Assembly: GCA_964612925.1 (NCBI GenBank)
Contig: CAZTFU010000005.1
Span: 11,578 to 75,577 of the forward strand
From: an uncultured Clostridium sp.
GTDB lineage: Bacteria; Bacillota; Clostridia; Christensenellales; CAG-138
Length of the DNA: 64,000 nucleotides
Direction of reading: 5' to 3'
Made by a program: the position numbers and the translations under genes. The notes under the pieces are model-generated. The model had not been told where the DNA came from, did not search any database, and saw nothing but the letters and a program-made list of their open reading frames with translations. How positions within the stretch are numbered: position 1 is the first letter of the stretch; each line of letters starts with the position of its first letter. Positions 37,411-47,758 of this stretch are shown here, piece by piece.

Positions 37411-38340
37411 TTAACTGTAATTTTCTGTGATATAGGTCAAAAGAGCTTCGCTCATACCTTCATTTATTGTGCTGCCGCTTGTTATTGCGGCAATTCCCGC
37501 CGCAAGAGCATGGTCAACGCTCCTTTCGGCACACTCTCCGCGCACCATTCCGCTTATAAGCCCCGCCATAAACGCATCTCCTGCGCCCGTTGCATTTGTC
37601 ATCGTCTCAACGGCCTTAAAAGAGCGAAAAAAGCTTTTTCCCATCGCATCGGCATAATAGCAGCCGCGTGCCCCAAGGCTGACCGCCACCGCAAATGTGC
37701 CGTTGTTTATAAGCTTTGCAGCGGATGCCTTTATTTCTTCATCCGTTTCCGCCTTCATGCCGCTAAGCACCTCAAGTTCCATAAGATTGGGCTTTATAAG
37801 GTGCAACCTGTTTGAAAACCTTGCTATGGTGTGCGCATACGCCGTTGATACCGGGTCCGCGGCCACCTTCGTATTCTTTGTAACATCGAGTATGGCCTCT
37901 ATGGTAACATCGCTGAGACAACCGTCTATCACCACCATATCGGCATTGGCTATCAATGCGGCATTATTTTGAATATGCTCCGGCGTAAGCCGCTTCAGTA
38001 TTCGCATATCGCTCATACCAAGCAACATGTCACCGTTATCGTCAAGCATTGCAATGTAGCTTGAGCTGTTTTCGCCCTCAAGCAACATAAGATGCTCCGT
38101 GCCTATTTTAGCGCTCTTACAGCTTTCTATAATGCCATGACCGAACGCATCCGTACCGACGGCACTTATAAGGTGCGTATTTATGCCGAGCCTGCTAAGG
38201 TTTTCCAGTATGTTTCTTGTAACGCCGCCGGCGGACAGATTTAATCTGCCCGGGTTTGAATCCCTTAGTTTAATGCTGTTTATGCTCCTGCCGTGTACGT
38301 CCATATTGGCCGCACCTATGCCCACAACATATCCTGCCAC
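37411..38340 (-). CDS. psuK: pseudouridine kinase (PfkB family)
   Basis: Track ORF 37411..38373. The start is moved to GTG 38340, 7 nt after AGGAGG. Evidence is the PfkB fold (VVGIGAANMDVHG ... TGAGDAFMAGL) and adjacency to psuG. Confidence 0.8.
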   Translation of the reverse strand: MAGYVVGIGAANMDVHGRSINSIKLRDSNPGRLNLSAGGVTRNILENLSRLGINTHLISAVGTDAFGHGIIESCKSAKIGTEHLMLLEGENSSSYIAMLDDNGDMLLGMSDMRILKRLTPEHIQNNAALIANADMVVIDGCLSDVTIEAILDVTKNTKVAADPVSTAYAHTIARFSNRLHLIKPNLMELEVLSGMKAETDEEIKASAAKLINNGTFAVAVSLGARGCYYADAMGKSFFRSFKAVETMTNATGAGDAFMAGLISGMVRGECAERSVDHALAAGIAAITSGSTINEGMSEALLTYITENYS

Positions 38341-38365
38341 GGCATTACCTCCTATCTCGTCGCGC

Positions 38366-39247
38366 TCACGCATGGCTCATCAGCGGGAAAATAAGTCTTT
38401 CTTCCGCTATGCTTTTAAGTTTATCCCCCATATAGAACAGCCTGTAATCGTCCGCACCGTTATAAGGCAGAAAGTCGAACATGCTTGCATCCTCACCACG
38501 CGGTGAAAAGCCAAAATAAAGCCTTTCATATTCCCCGCTTATGCGCTCTGTCACACGTTTCAGCGGAACGGCACTGCCGCACACTATACTTTCAAGCGTT
38601 ACGGTTCCATTGTCTGCGCTAATTACGGCAAAACAGTCAATGTCCCTTGCATAGTATACGTTCTCCATATCCGCAGTGTAGAAAAGCTGCAACGCACGCC
38701 TGTTCACCTGCTCAAGTGCCGAATTGACCGCGCCGTGTTTCAGCATTTCCATATATTTTTGCTTCATTGCATCATCGTTTGCGTCCACGGGTACAAATGC
38801 GCATACGCTTTTGTCACGCGACATATTTGTGCATTTAAGCACGGGCAAATGCTCAATAACGCCTTCGCTAAATCCCGCCTTGCGATAAAACCCAAGTGCC
38901 GAAAGATTTGCAAAAAGGTATATTCCGTCGCACTCGTTGGCATATTTATTCACTATATGGTCTATAAGCTGCGCGGCAAGTCCCCTGTTTCGGTAGGCCT
39001 CATCCGTCATGACGGTACCTATTTGAATATATCTGCGGCGCTTTCCGTTTTGAACAAAGTCCATTATATTTGCGGAAGCATTTGATATCATATTGCCGTT
39101 TTCCACAAACGAAAACGGTATATAATCCCCTTCAAAACAGCCCTGAGTTACCCACTCTTCAAAGTCAAAGCCGAATGTTCTTCGCGTAAGCGCATTGAGA
39201 GCGTGTCTAAGGGTTGGATCGAGCATATAATCACTTACAAATTCCAT
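38366..39247 (-). CDS. GNAT-family N-acetyltransferase
   Basis: Acetyl-CoA motif region IGTVMTDEAYRNRGLAAQLIDHI ... FYRKAGF. 293 aa with an extra C-terminal domain. Confidence 0.75.
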   Translation of the reverse strand: MEFVSDYMLDPTLRHALNALTRRTFGFDFEEWVTQGCFEGDYIPFSFVENGNMISNASANIMDFVQNGKRRRYIQIGTVMTDEAYRNRGLAAQLIDHIVNKYANECDGIYLFANLSALGFYRKAGFSEGVIEHLPVLKCTNMSRDKSVCAFVPVDANDDAMKQKYMEMLKHGAVNSALEQVNRRALQLFYTADMENVYYARDIDCFAVISADNGTVTLESIVCGSAVPLKRVTERISGEYERLYFGFSPRGEDASMFDFLPYNGADDYRLFYMGDKLKSIAEERLIFPLMSHA

Positions 39248-39279
39248 GCGGCACCTCCGTATTCTGCCGTAAGCGGTCG

Positions 39280-39855
39280 TTATTGTGCGGCATCGGGCAG
39301 TACATCTATGGTTTCATCATATTCTATGGTGAAATCCGCCCCCGTTATGCGCATATCCGTCGGCACCTGCGCATAAAGCGTGGTGGTGCCCGGATTGAGC
39401 GTAATAAGATATTGCCCGTCCTGCATTTGCAGTCTGCATTCTGCAATCAGCTCGCCGTTTTCATCCGTAAAGCGCATATACAGTGCGCATACTATGGACT
39501 TTGGATACTCGTTCACCGCCTGCATATCGACAAACGTATCCTCCGCTTGTTCATACACCTGAATGTTTTCAAACGATATGTACCGTCTGTAATGCTGAGA
39601 ATCCGCTATAAACGCGCCAAGCTCATCATACATCTCTATCTGTTGCAAAGCTTCGGGAGTAGGCTCCGTCGTGGCAAGCGGCGTTTGTGTGGCTTCGGGT
39701 GTTGCCTCAATCTCCGCCACGGCCGATTCCGTGGGCTGCGGCAGCGTGGCGGCGGGGTCTATACTGCTTTCAAATCGCACGCAGGCGCACATTATTCCCG
39801 CCGTAAGCACCGATAGCAACAGCAATATTATGTTTTTATTCGCCCTGTCGCCCAT
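39280..39855 (-). CDS. hypothetical secreted/lipoprotein
   Basis: Track ORF 39280..39903. The start is moved to ATG 39855, 7 nt after GAGGAG. A signal-like N-terminus NIILLLLSVLTAGIMCAC is followed by a Thr/Pro/Glu linker. I recognise no family. Confidence 0.55.
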   Translation of the reverse strand: MGDRANKNIILLLLSVLTAGIMCACVRFESSIDPAATLPQPTESAVAEIEATPEATQTPLATTEPTPEALQQIEMYDELGAFIADSQHYRRYISFENIQVYEQAEDTFVDMQAVNEYPKSIVCALYMRFTDENGELIAECRLQMQDGQYLITLNPGTTTLYAQVPTDMRITGADFTIEYDETIDVLPDAAQ

Positions 39856-41296
39856 GGCGCAGCTCCTCAATAAGTTTTTGTTTAAGTGCGTACAATTCGT
39901 CACTCAAATCGACCTTGTACACATGCGGGTTCATAAGTCGCTTGCTTTCCTCCCAAAATGTAGCAAGCTCCTGCCTGGCATATTTTTGGATTTCACCCAT
40001 GCTCGGGCATTCATATACCTGCTCTCCGTTTATGAACAGCGGAACAAGCAATTCCCGCACCTCGTAATCGTACAGTATTTTTGATTTATATCTTTGCTCG
40101 GGGTGATATATCGTAAGCGGCTTCGTAAAGTCAAGTGCTTCCCCTTCCAATGCGATAAGGTCGGCAAGTGCCATGCCCGTTGTGTTGCTGTAAAAGCGAT
40201 ACACCTTTTTATAGCCGGGATTTGTCATCTTAACAACGTTTTCGCTCAGCTTTATTTTGGGTATTACCTCGCCATCCACTATTTCCGCCGCCATTTTATA
40301 CACGCCGCCAAGCGCAGGGAAATCCATAGAGGTTATCAGCTTTGTGCCAACACCCCAGAGATCGATTTTTGCACCCTGAGCCTTTAGGTCGCGTATTACG
40401 GTTTCATCAAGGTCGCCGCTTGCGCATATTTTCGCATCCTCAAAACCTGCCTCGTCAAGCATTTGCCTTGCACACTTTGAAAGGTATGCAAGGTCGCCCG
40501 AATCCATTCTTATTCCCGTTGGCCTGTGACCCTTTGCGTTCAGCTCTTTGAATACGGTTATAGCATTGGGTATGCCGCTTTTAAGCGTATCATATGTGTC
40601 AACAAGCAGCATACAGTTATCGGGAAAGATCTCGGCATATGCGCGGAATGCTTCTATTTCCGTTGGAAAGCTCATAACCCAGCTATGCGCATGCGTGCCC
40701 GATACGGGCACTCCGCACATTTGCCCCGTAAGCACGTTACTCGTGCCCGTACAGCCGCCTATCATTGCCGCCCTTGCACCGTATATGCCCGCATCGGGTC
40801 CCTGCGCTCGCCTAAGTCCGAATTCCATCACTCCGTCACCCTCCGCGGCGTAGGCCACCCTTGCAGCCTTTGTCGCGATAAGCGTTTGATGGTTCACAAG
40901 GTTGAGCAGTGCCGTTTCAACAAGCTGAGCCTGCATTATGGGTGCTTTTACGCGAATAAGCGGCTCATACGGAAAAACCACCGTGCCTTCCTTCATGCCG
41001 TATATTTCACCCGTAAAGCGCATCTCGCCGAGCACATTCAAAAAGCCCTCGTCAAACAACTTTAGTGAGCGCAGATACTCTATATCCTCCGCCGCAAAAT
41101 GCAGACCCTTTATATAATCTATAACGGATTCCGTGCCCGCCATTACGGCATAAGCACTATTATCCCTTTGGCGAAAGAACAGATCAAATACAGCCTCATT
41201 TTTAGCCATTCCGCACTTATAATAGCCATACATCATGGTAAGCTGATATAAGTCCGTCATCATTGTAAGGTTGCGTTCGGAGCTTATGTCGTTCAT
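39836..41296 (-). CDS. pncB: nicotinate phosphoribosyltransferase
   Basis: MMTDLYQLTMMYGYYK, and a later SGTHAHSWVMSF motif. 486 aa. Confidence 0.9.
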   Translation of the reverse strand: MNDISSERNLTMMTDLYQLTMMYGYYKCGMAKNEAVFDLFFRQRDNSAYAVMAGTESVIDYIKGLHFAAEDIEYLRSLKLFDEGFLNVLGEMRFTGEIYGMKEGTVVFPYEPLIRVKAPIMQAQLVETALLNLVNHQTLIATKAARVAYAAEGDGVMEFGLRRAQGPDAGIYGARAAMIGGCTGTSNVLTGQMCGVPVSGTHAHSWVMSFPTEIEAFRAYAEIFPDNCMLLVDTYDTLKSGIPNAITVFKELNAKGHRPTGIRMDSGDLAYLSKCARQMLDEAGFEDAKICASGDLDETVIRDLKAQGAKIDLWGVGTKLITSMDFPALGGVYKMAAEIVDGEVIPKIKLSENVVKMTNPGYKKVYRFYSNTTGMALADLIALEGEALDFTKPLTIYHPEQRYKSKILYDYEVRELLVPLFINGEQVYECPSMGEIQKYARQELATFWEESKRLMNPHVYKVDLSDELYALKQKLIEELRHGRQGE

Positions 41297-42349
41297 TTAT
41301 TCGTTGTCCTTATCCTCTTCGTTCGGCTCTTCGGTTTGTGCGTTGTCCTCTTCACTCGTTGTCTTACATGACGAGCATTCACACTCCTCTTCGGCTTCGG
41401 TATTTTCGGCTTCTTCCGTCGCGCAGTTGCATTCGGAACATTCTTCGCATTCGCACACCGCAAGCGGCTTTGGCCACATCAGCGTTCCCGTTTTCTTTTC
41501 CCTTACCATCCTTATTATGATAAACGCAAGTATGCACATAAACAGCGCAAAGCTGAGTGCCTGCGATACCCTGACTCCGTCCGTCATTCCCGCGGCAGAT
41601 GGCTTGATTATCCAAAGACTGTCCCCGCGCAGGCCCTCTACAAACGTGCGTTCAAGCGAATAAAGCAACACATAAAGGAAGAACGTATCGCCGTCATGCT
41701 TCGTGCGCTTGCGTGTAAACCAGAGTATAAAGAACACGATAAGGCACCACATGGATTCATAGAAAAATGTTGCAAGGTGCAAATGCGCTCCGTTTGCGGC
41801 GGTTGCACACGCAGTACATACGGCCTTATCAAAGTAGTGCGTACCTTCTATAGGAACGCTTATGGGGAAGTAGCCCAATATCGGGTGTGCGGCAAGCATT
41901 TCCTGTGTTACGGGCAGACCATAGGCTTCCTGATTAAAGAAGTTGCCCCAACGTCCCATCGCCTGCGCAAATACAAGGCCGGGTGCGATAATGTCCGCAA
42001 GGGTCAAAAACCGTATTTTTCTTACTTTTGCGAATATGAATGCGGCAAGCAAACCGCCTATCACAGCGCCGTATATCGCAAGGCCGCCATTCCATATGTA
42101 CAGTATGGATATCGGATCGTCAAGATAGCTTTCAAGTTCAAACAGCACATAATAAAGCCTTGCGCCCACAACGCCCGATGGGATCACAACAAGGCACATA
42201 TCGGTTACCGTATCCTTTTTAAGCCCCTTGCGGCGTTCCTCGGTGCATGCAATAACCACTGCCACAATTATGGCCGCCGCCATTATGACTCCGTACCAGT
42301 ATATGTCCTTGCCGAAAAGGTTAAATGCAACCCTGCTTGGCATTTCCAT
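41297..42349 (-). CDS. lgt: prolipoprotein diacylglyceryl transferase with Cys/Glu-rich C-terminal extension
   Basis: Lgt core (IYWYGVIMAAAIIVAV, GARLYYVLFE, GRWGNFFNQEAYG) followed by a 55-aa tail LAVCECEECSECNCATEE...ECECSSCK...EEDKDNE. Confidence 0.88.
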   Translation of the reverse strand: MEMPSRVAFNLFGKDIYWYGVIMAAAIIVAVVIACTEERRKGLKKDTVTDMCLVVIPSGVVGARLYYVLFELESYLDDPISILYIWNGGLAIYGAVIGGLLAAFIFAKVRKIRFLTLADIIAPGLVFAQAMGRWGNFFNQEAYGLPVTQEMLAAHPILGYFPISVPIEGTHYFDKAVCTACATAANGAHLHLATFFYESMWCLIVFFILWFTRKRTKHDGDTFFLYVLLYSLERTFVEGLRGDSLWIIKPSAAGMTDGVRVSQALSFALFMCILAFIIIRMVREKKTGTLMWPKPLAVCECEECSECNCATEEAENTEAEEECECSSCKTTSEEDNAQTEEPNEEDKDNE

Positions 42350-42412
42350 TTGTGTTTCCTCCTAAAAATAAATATCTAAAATTGCTTTTGTGCAATTATA
42401 AGCACTCGCATA

Positions 42413-45142
42413 TCACGGCACTATGCCGCCTATGTCGACAAGCGTTTCCGGTGCCGCGGAATCCTGCTTATTGAAATAATAGGAGTATATTTCTTCCGCC
42501 GCACTAACGCCCCACACGCCCGCGTAACCGGAGGGCACGCATATCACTATCACCAATTCGGCTTCACCTTCGCGCGGAGTGTAGGATACGAACCAGCTTG
42601 TGTTTTCAATATCTATTGAATTTATACCTATCTGTGCGGAGCCCGTCTTGCCCGCTATTCTGTCAAGGTATTTTTCGGTAAACTCCTGTGAGAATTTGCC
42701 ACCTGCCGTGCCGTGTTCCTCTGCGGACACAACGCCCGTCATGCCCTGCTTAACGGCAGACCACAGCGCATCCCATTCGGCAGAATCATCTCCTATTGTC
42801 GCATAAACATCGGCGGCTTTGTCCTCTACAAGGTTGCCGTTTTCATCAACTATACGTTCAACTATATTTGCATCATAAACAGTACCCTCATTGGCTATTG
42901 CGCTTACATAGCGTGCAACCGCCATTGGCGTAACAAGCGTTGTACCCTGTCCAAAGCCCGCGCGTATAGTTTGGGTCGGCTTCCACTGTATTTCGTTCAA
43001 AAGAGTAACTATTTCGCTCGTCCAATTCTGCGTTATGCTGAATCCCTCGGGTATGCCAAGTTCGTCACTCAATATTTTGCGGATATCGGGTCCCTTACCG
43101 TCAAGGCCGTTGCCGTCCTGAAGCATCATCAGCCGCAGTGCACACTTTCTTATTGCCTGTTCATCTATTTCCATGCTGCGGCGGGTAACATATTCGCGCA
43201 GTCTCTCACGGATCCTGTTGTATATAAGTACCGGCAGACTGGTTTTTTGCCCGCTTATATTGAGCTCTCCGTCCTCATTCAAAAGCTCGTTGTCAAAAAG
43301 CACCTTCTGTCCGCCGCCTACGCCGCTTGCTTCGCCCGTAAGCTCGATATTCGTTTTGGTATCAAGGCCGAATTTGCCTATCCATTCGTTAAGTGTATCT
43401 ATACCCATGCGGTTCGCTATTTCGCAAAAGTAATAGTTACACGAATACGTAAGAGCCTGCGTAAGATTTATATTGGCATGGTCGCTGTGATTTTTATAGC
43501 TCCAGCAGCGCGGTGCGCCCTGCTTTTGCACGGTCGTTTTACCGTTTTCATCCGTCGTATAGAAGTAATAATAGCCGCTGTCGCCATGGTCGTTGACAAG
43601 TTCCTCTATATCCACTACCCCTTCACTCACGGCCGCTATGCCCGTAAGCGGTTTGAATATGGATCCCGGCGCGTAACGTGCGGACACAGCCTTGTTCCTC
43701 AACGGAGTGCTCTGCTCCGCCTCCTCACCGAAAAGATATTCGCTTTGTTCTTTGGTCAGCCCCTGCATAAACCAGTTCGGATCGTATGACGGGTAGCTTG
43801 CGCTTGCAAGCACCTCTCCGTTTTGCGGGTCCATAACGACTATTGCGCCCGTTGCGGCAAGATCTATATCCTTACCCTGATATTTTTGCTCTTTTTCGTT
43901 CTTTTCGGCATCCTCATCTATCATTTGCTGCTCCTGCTCCCGCATTTTGGCAATAAGGGTCGAAAGCGCATTTTCACACACGGTCTGCAATTCAATATCA
44001 ACGGTAAGCATAACATCGTTGCCGTTCGTTGCCGCAATATATGAAATTTCCCTTGTTATGCTTAGATTCTTGTTTATTTCAACCTTTCTCTGCCCCTGAT
44101 GCTCCTTAGTCGCGCCGGTAAGGTATGCCTCCATTGTATATTCAACGCCGGATACACCTATATAATCATCATAGGAGTAGCCCATATCCGTCATATCTAT
44201 TTGATAATCGCCGTTATCGTTCAAAGCATATGTGCCGTCATCATTTTTAAGGTAGTACGGTTCAAGCTGTTCGGCCGTGTACCCCATCGCAATAAGTTTG
44301 GATGCGCTTACCGTATCCGCACTTTTTGAAAGATAGCCCACGATGTGAGCCGCGGTTTCGCCGCGCGGATATACTCGTGTTGAGCTTTGCGATATCTGTA
44401 CGCCAACAAGCTCGCTTGAGCGTTCGACAATTTCACTTACAACTTCCTGACTTACGTTGTAGGCTATCGTTACAGGCTCATACGCCCTGTAGTTGTTCAG
44501 ATTGACTTCCTGCCGTATGGATATTATCTTTATTGCCTGTTCAAATGTATATTCCTCAGGTATATACCATGTCTTTCTAAGGTAGTTGTATGCATATTCG
44601 GCAGTGGGCCAAAGATCCATGTTCCATTTTGTCGTATCTTTGGGATATTCTTTGTAGGCAGGATCCTTTATCGATATATACATACCTTCGCAAAAGTTCT
44701 TATAGCGTATTCGGCGCACGCGCTCTATCGCGGTGCTGCTTTCAACGCCGCTTATTCGCCAATCATATGCTATTTCACCGTTTTCATCCATTACGATATA
44801 GGATGTGTTTATCGTTTCGCCGCCGCTTCGTTCAATTATTTCTATTGCCTTTATAAGGGATTCGGTATATACGGCGGAATCATAGCTGGTTCTGTTGTCC
44901 GCGTCGCGCAAAAATTCAACGTTGTAGCAGGTTTCGCTGTATGCAAGCACAACGCCGTTTCTGTCAGTTATTTTGCCGCGCTCGCCCTTTACGGCTATTG
45001 TTTGGGTGGAACGGCTGTCCGCAGTCTCCGCCCACGTTTGGCCTTCCTTTATGGTCAGTGTGGCAAGGCGATATATAAGCGCACCCATCATGCACAGCAT
45101 AAGCAGGCACACTATTATTATGCGGGATATGGGCTTTTTCAT
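42413..45142 (-). CDS. mrdA: class B penicillin-binding protein 2 (elongasome transpeptidase), unusually long
   Basis: Follows mreD with a 4-nt overlap. It has an N-terminal TM helix and transpeptidase motifs GSIFKP (SxxK), YSCN (SxN) and KTGSAQ (KTG). 909 aa. Confidence 0.88.
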   Translation of the reverse strand: MKKPISRIIIVCLLMLCMMGALIYRLATLTIKEGQTWAETADSRSTQTIAVKGERGKITDRNGVVLAYSETCYNVEFLRDADNRTSYDSAVYTESLIKAIEIIERSGGETINTSYIVMDENGEIAYDWRISGVESSTAIERVRRIRYKNFCEGMYISIKDPAYKEYPKDTTKWNMDLWPTAEYAYNYLRKTWYIPEEYTFEQAIKIISIRQEVNLNNYRAYEPVTIAYNVSQEVVSEIVERSSELVGVQISQSSTRVYPRGETAAHIVGYLSKSADTVSASKLIAMGYTAEQLEPYYLKNDDGTYALNDNGDYQIDMTDMGYSYDDYIGVSGVEYTMEAYLTGATKEHQGQRKVEINKNLSITREISYIAATNGNDVMLTVDIELQTVCENALSTLIAKMREQEQQMIDEDAEKNEKEQKYQGKDIDLAATGAIVVMDPQNGEVLASASYPSYDPNWFMQGLTKEQSEYLFGEEAEQSTPLRNKAVSARYAPGSIFKPLTGIAAVSEGVVDIEELVNDHGDSGYYYFYTTDENGKTTVQKQGAPRCWSYKNHSDHANINLTQALTYSCNYYFCEIANRMGIDTLNEWIGKFGLDTKTNIELTGEASGVGGGQKVLFDNELLNEDGELNISGQKTSLPVLIYNRIRERLREYVTRRSMEIDEQAIRKCALRLMMLQDGNGLDGKGPDIRKILSDELGIPEGFSITQNWTSEIVTLLNEIQWKPTQTIRAGFGQGTTLVTPMAVARYVSAIANEGTVYDANIVERIVDENGNLVEDKAADVYATIGDDSAEWDALWSAVKQGMTGVVSAEEHGTAGGKFSQEFTEKYLDRIAGKTGSAQIGINSIDIENTSWFVSYTPREGEAELVIVICVPSGYAGVWGVSAAEEIYSYYFNKQDSAAPETLVDIGGIVP

Positions 45143-45672
45143 CTTGCGCCTCCTTGGGCGCGGCTGTCGCGTTCATAATTATGTTCCACCTTCAGCTGCC
45201 CCGCAAGTGCCCTGCGCATAAGTGCGTGCAGCGGCATGCACAATACCGCCGTAAATACACTACACGGCAGTATATATGTGCCGAGTATTGCAAAAAAGTC
45301 GAACTCCGCTCCGTTTATGGCGGAAGCCAAGGCCATTGCGCATTCCTTGAATACGGCACCGCACATGGCAACAAGCGCGGGAATGATTATATTGTCCGCA
45401 TAGTATTTCTGATAAAATGCCCCGCCTATCATGCCCGCAAACATATAGCCCATTGCACTTATGCCTACCATCGGCGAAAAGAGCACATCCGCAATAAGCC
45501 CTATCACAACGCCGAATATCGCGCCGTTTTTCATGCCCAAAAGCACGCCGAGGCTTGCCGTAAGTGCCATTATCATGTCCGGCCTTATTCCGCCTATATT
45601 CACCCTTGCAAAAAATACAGAATCAAGATAAAGCCCCACCGCAGCGGCTATAACTATATATAACCTTCGCAT
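45139..45672 (-). CDS. mreD: rod shape-determining protein MreD
   Basis: 177-aa polytopic membrane protein between mreC and PBP2. Confidence 0.8.
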   Translation of the reverse strand: MRRLYIVIAAAVGLYLDSVFFARVNIGGIRPDMIMALTASLGVLLGMKNGAIFGVVIGLIADVLFSPMVGISAMGYMFAGMIGGAFYQKYYADNIIIPALVAMCGAVFKECAMALASAINGAEFDFFAILGTYILPCSVFTAVLCMPLHALMRRALAGQLKVEHNYERDSRAQGGAR

Positions 45673-45675
45673 GGG

Positions 45676-46515
45676 CTACTCCACCTCCGTTTTTTCTATA
45701 AGCACAAGCACCTCTTCAAGGTGTCCGAAATCAACGGCACTCTCCACTATGGCATTTGATTCCGTACCCTCTGCGGAGCGGCGAGTAACCTCCGTTACGG
45801 TGCCCACCACTATGGATTTGGGGAATATGCTGCTCATGCCGCTTGTAACAATCTTATCCCCCGGAACCAAGTCAAAGCCGCTCGGCAGATAATAAAGCTC
45901 AAGCTGATTGTCCCCATCCGCGGAAAACGCTCCGCGCACAACGCCGATATCCCTTGTTCGTTCCACCATAACGCTGACCTCGCTTGAGGCGTCTATTATC
46001 GAGGTTACCTTGCTCCAGTTTGCACCGACCTCAATTACGCGCCCTATAAGCCCATCCGCGCAAACAACGCTCATATCCTTTTCAATGCCCTTGTTGCGTC
46101 CTGCGTTTATTGTGAACGTTTCAAACCATATGCCTTGGCTGTTGCCCGTAACAACGGCGGTCACATATTCGTAGTTTTCAAGTGTTTCAACATAGTTCAG
46201 CAGTTCTTTAAGCCGTTCGTTTTCCGCCTTCAGTGCCGAATTTTCAACCTCCGCCTGCTCAAGCTGAGCCATGCGCACCTTGAGCTGTTCAAGTTCCTTA
46301 TCCGCATCGCTTGTTTTGAATATGCGCTGTACGAAGTTTATTATTCCGTTGGAAGCCTTTGCCGCAAACGTCTGCACCGGCTGTAGTACGGAGCCGAGCG
46401 TACTTTCCACCCACGATACCGACCTGTCCGCACTCGTTATGAACGCAAGTACCCCAAGCAGCAGTATCGCGACCAGCATTATTATAAGCGGCTTGTTTTT
46501 GAATATTCCGCGCAT
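45676..46515 (-). CDS. mreC: rod shape-determining protein MreC
   Basis: N-terminal TM helix, a coiled-coil region (ELEQLKVRMAQLEQAEVENSALKAENERLKELL), then a beta-barrel domain. Confidence 0.88.
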   Translation of the reverse strand: MRGIFKNKPLIIMLVAILLLGVLAFITSADRSVSWVESTLGSVLQPVQTFAAKASNGIINFVQRIFKTSDADKELEQLKVRMAQLEQAEVENSALKAENERLKELLNYVETLENYEYVTAVVTGNSQGIWFETFTINAGRNKGIEKDMSVVCADGLIGRVIEVGANWSKVTSIIDASSEVSVMVERTRDIGVVRGAFSADGDNQLELYYLPSGFDLVPGDKIVTSGMSSIFPKSIVVGTVTEVTRRSAEGTESNAIVESAVDFGHLEEVLVLIEKTEVE

Positions 46516-46626
46516 TTCGGCTCCCTTTCCTCAGTAATATGCCAACAGCATACTTTGACTTATTTATTATAATGGTTTGCCGCCATGCGTGCAAGAAGAT
46601 TGCGCAAAACGTCACACTAAGTTAAA

Positions 46627-47658
46627 CTATGCGTACATTTGCGTTTGGCCTATCACCCCCGCTTCATTCAGCTTCATCGCTCCAAGTGCTACACAGTACA
46701 TCGGATCCTCCGCAATTCTCACGTTGAGCCCTGTTTCGTGGGCTATCAGCTTGTCAAGTCCCCTAAGCTGTGCCCCTCCTCCGCTTAAAACAATGCCCGT
46801 ATCCATTATGTCTCCCGCAAGCTCGGGCGGGGTATCGGCAAGGGTGCGCCTTACGGCGTCCGCAACCCGCCTTACTTCATTGGCTATTGCGTGGCTCACT
46901 TCCGAGCCGTTGAGCCATACTGTTTCGGGCAAACCCGTTTTTATGCTCCTGCCCTTGAAACGGCTCCTTTCCGTGCCGCCTATAAGTGCCGCGCCGAGTT
47001 TGAGTTTTATCTCCTCCGCAGTCTTTTCGCCTATCCTTACCCCATATTGTGACGAGATGTATTCCTTTATTGCCGCATCCATATTCCGTCCGCCCGTTTT
47101 TATACTGCAATATGATGCTATTCCGCCAAGGCTTATTACTGCCGCATCCGTCGTGCCGCCACCTATATCGACTATCATGCTGCCCACGGGCTCCATAACG
47201 TCAAGCCCCGCGCCCGCGGCCGCGGCAAGCGGCTCACTTAGAACCGTTACCTCGCGCACACCGCACGCCCTTACCGCATCGATAAGCGCACGCCGTTCAA
47301 GCTCGGTTGCGCACATCGGCAGGCATATTGCAAGCCTTGTACCCGCCGCTCCGCGTCTTTTCGAGAAGGCTCTTTTGAAAAACTCCTCCAGCATCTCTCT
47401 TACAAGTGACATATCCGCTATAACGCCGTCCTTCATCGGGTAAACCACGTTCACCCCACCGGGCGTTCTGCCGTGAAGGCGTATCGCCTCCGCTCCGCAC
47501 GCACACATTGTGCTGTTTTCTCCTTCGTCGGTATAAAATGCCGCCGCAGTGGGCTCATTAAGCGTTATGCCGCGCCCCTCTACCGCAATGACGGTATTAA
47601 CCGTGCCGAGATCGACCGCCGCATACTGTGCAAACAAACTACCAAAAGAAAAAGGCAT
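46627..47658 (-). CDS. mreB: rod shape-determining protein MreB
   Basis: Actin-fold motifs AVDLGTVNTV and DIGGGTTDAAVISLGG. 343 aa. Confidence 0.93.
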   Translation of the reverse strand: MPFSFGSLFAQYAAVDLGTVNTVIAVEGRGITLNEPTAAAFYTDEGENSTMCACGAEAIRLHGRTPGGVNVVYPMKDGVIADMSLVREMLEEFFKRAFSKRRGAAGTRLAICLPMCATELERRALIDAVRACGVREVTVLSEPLAAAAGAGLDVMEPVGSMIVDIGGGTTDAAVISLGGIASYCSIKTGGRNMDAAIKEYISSQYGVRIGEKTAEEIKLKLGAALIGGTERSRFKGRSIKTGLPETVWLNGSEVSHAIANEVRRVADAVRRTLADTPPELAGDIMDTGIVLSGGGAQLRGLDKLIAHETGLNVRIAEDPMYCVALGAMKLNEAGVIGQTQMYA

Positions 47659-47758
47659 ATGTTACCCTCCCAAACAACTTTTATGCCTTGGAGTATTGCC
47701 GCCATGCTTATCGCCTATACATATGCTTAAACGATTTATATGTGTCGGCGCGGCATTA

